Of a stretch of DNA of 64,000 bases, positions 63,541 to 64,000 are shown piece by piece. Each line of letters starts with the position of its first letter. Positions within the stretch are counted from its first letter, which is position 1. Source of the DNA: Antedon mediterranea (Eukaryota > Animalia > Echinodermata); assembly GCF_964355755.1 (NCBI RefSeq), contig NC_092670.1, forward strand, positions 35,700,388 to 35,764,387, in the 5' to 3' direction. The notes under the pieces are model-generated. The model searched no databases, had not been told where the DNA came from, and worked only from the letters and a program-made list of their open reading frames with translations. Made by a program: the position numbers and the translations under genes.

Positions 63541-64000
63541 ACATGATATATAGTGTATGTAAGATGAGGTTATTAAGATGTAAGTACTACTAGTTTACTA
63601 CAATGGCATGGTAGATATATGCAGTGTATATTAAAACAATTAATAACTAGATTTAATTCGTCATTATGACGAATTATAGGTTATATGCATTGATTTGAAT
63701 AAAGATAATTGACTTTTAAAAGATATATTGATTGATTGATTTTGTCAGAATCTTTAATTATTTATAATATATGATAGGACCTTGCTAACGCGACCACCAT
63801 AGCCGGTATCACAATCCGATCAAAGATCCATATGCGTATAATGTCATAAACCACATTTGTTGTTACATACTAATAAAGACATAAGTTAATTTTTATCTAG
63901 ATTTCATTATAAATCATGTGTATAATCTATACACTAAGAAATAAATTTGAACAAACAATACGGATAATAAAAAAAAAATCTTATTTCGTTTCCCGAGGTG

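Overview
AT-rich, intron- and repeat-dense eukaryotic (invertebrate animal, probably deuterostome/echinoderm-like; taxon is inference only) genomic DNA, so most ORF-track entries are spurious or single exons. Reading splice sites by hand gives: (1) a complete 9-exon PIP4K2 (PI5P 4-kinase type 2, 399 aa, minus strand, 2156-16860); (2) head-to-head with it, a complete 23-coding-exon SCAP (SREBP cleavage-activating protein, about 1326 aa, plus strand, 21463-41418); (3) a small multi-exon gene absent from the ORF track (45293-46804) encoding an 83-aa prepropeptide: signal peptide, RQKR and KR cleavage sites, anionic spacer and a cationic 33-aa six-cysteine peptide (toxin/defensin-like architecture), the most interesting object here; (4) a class A GPCR with a single coding exon, lacking the TM3 cysteine (53165-54169); (5) the last four exons of an unidentified minus-strand gene (58953-62758). 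Introns and intergenic DNA hold non-autonomous Helitrons, Helentron/HINE-like elements, TTAA Kolobok-like MITEs, other MITEs, LINE fragments, tRNA/5S-derived SINEs and four minisatellites, two of which visibly arose inside mobile elements. All calls come from manual reading; no database searches were run.
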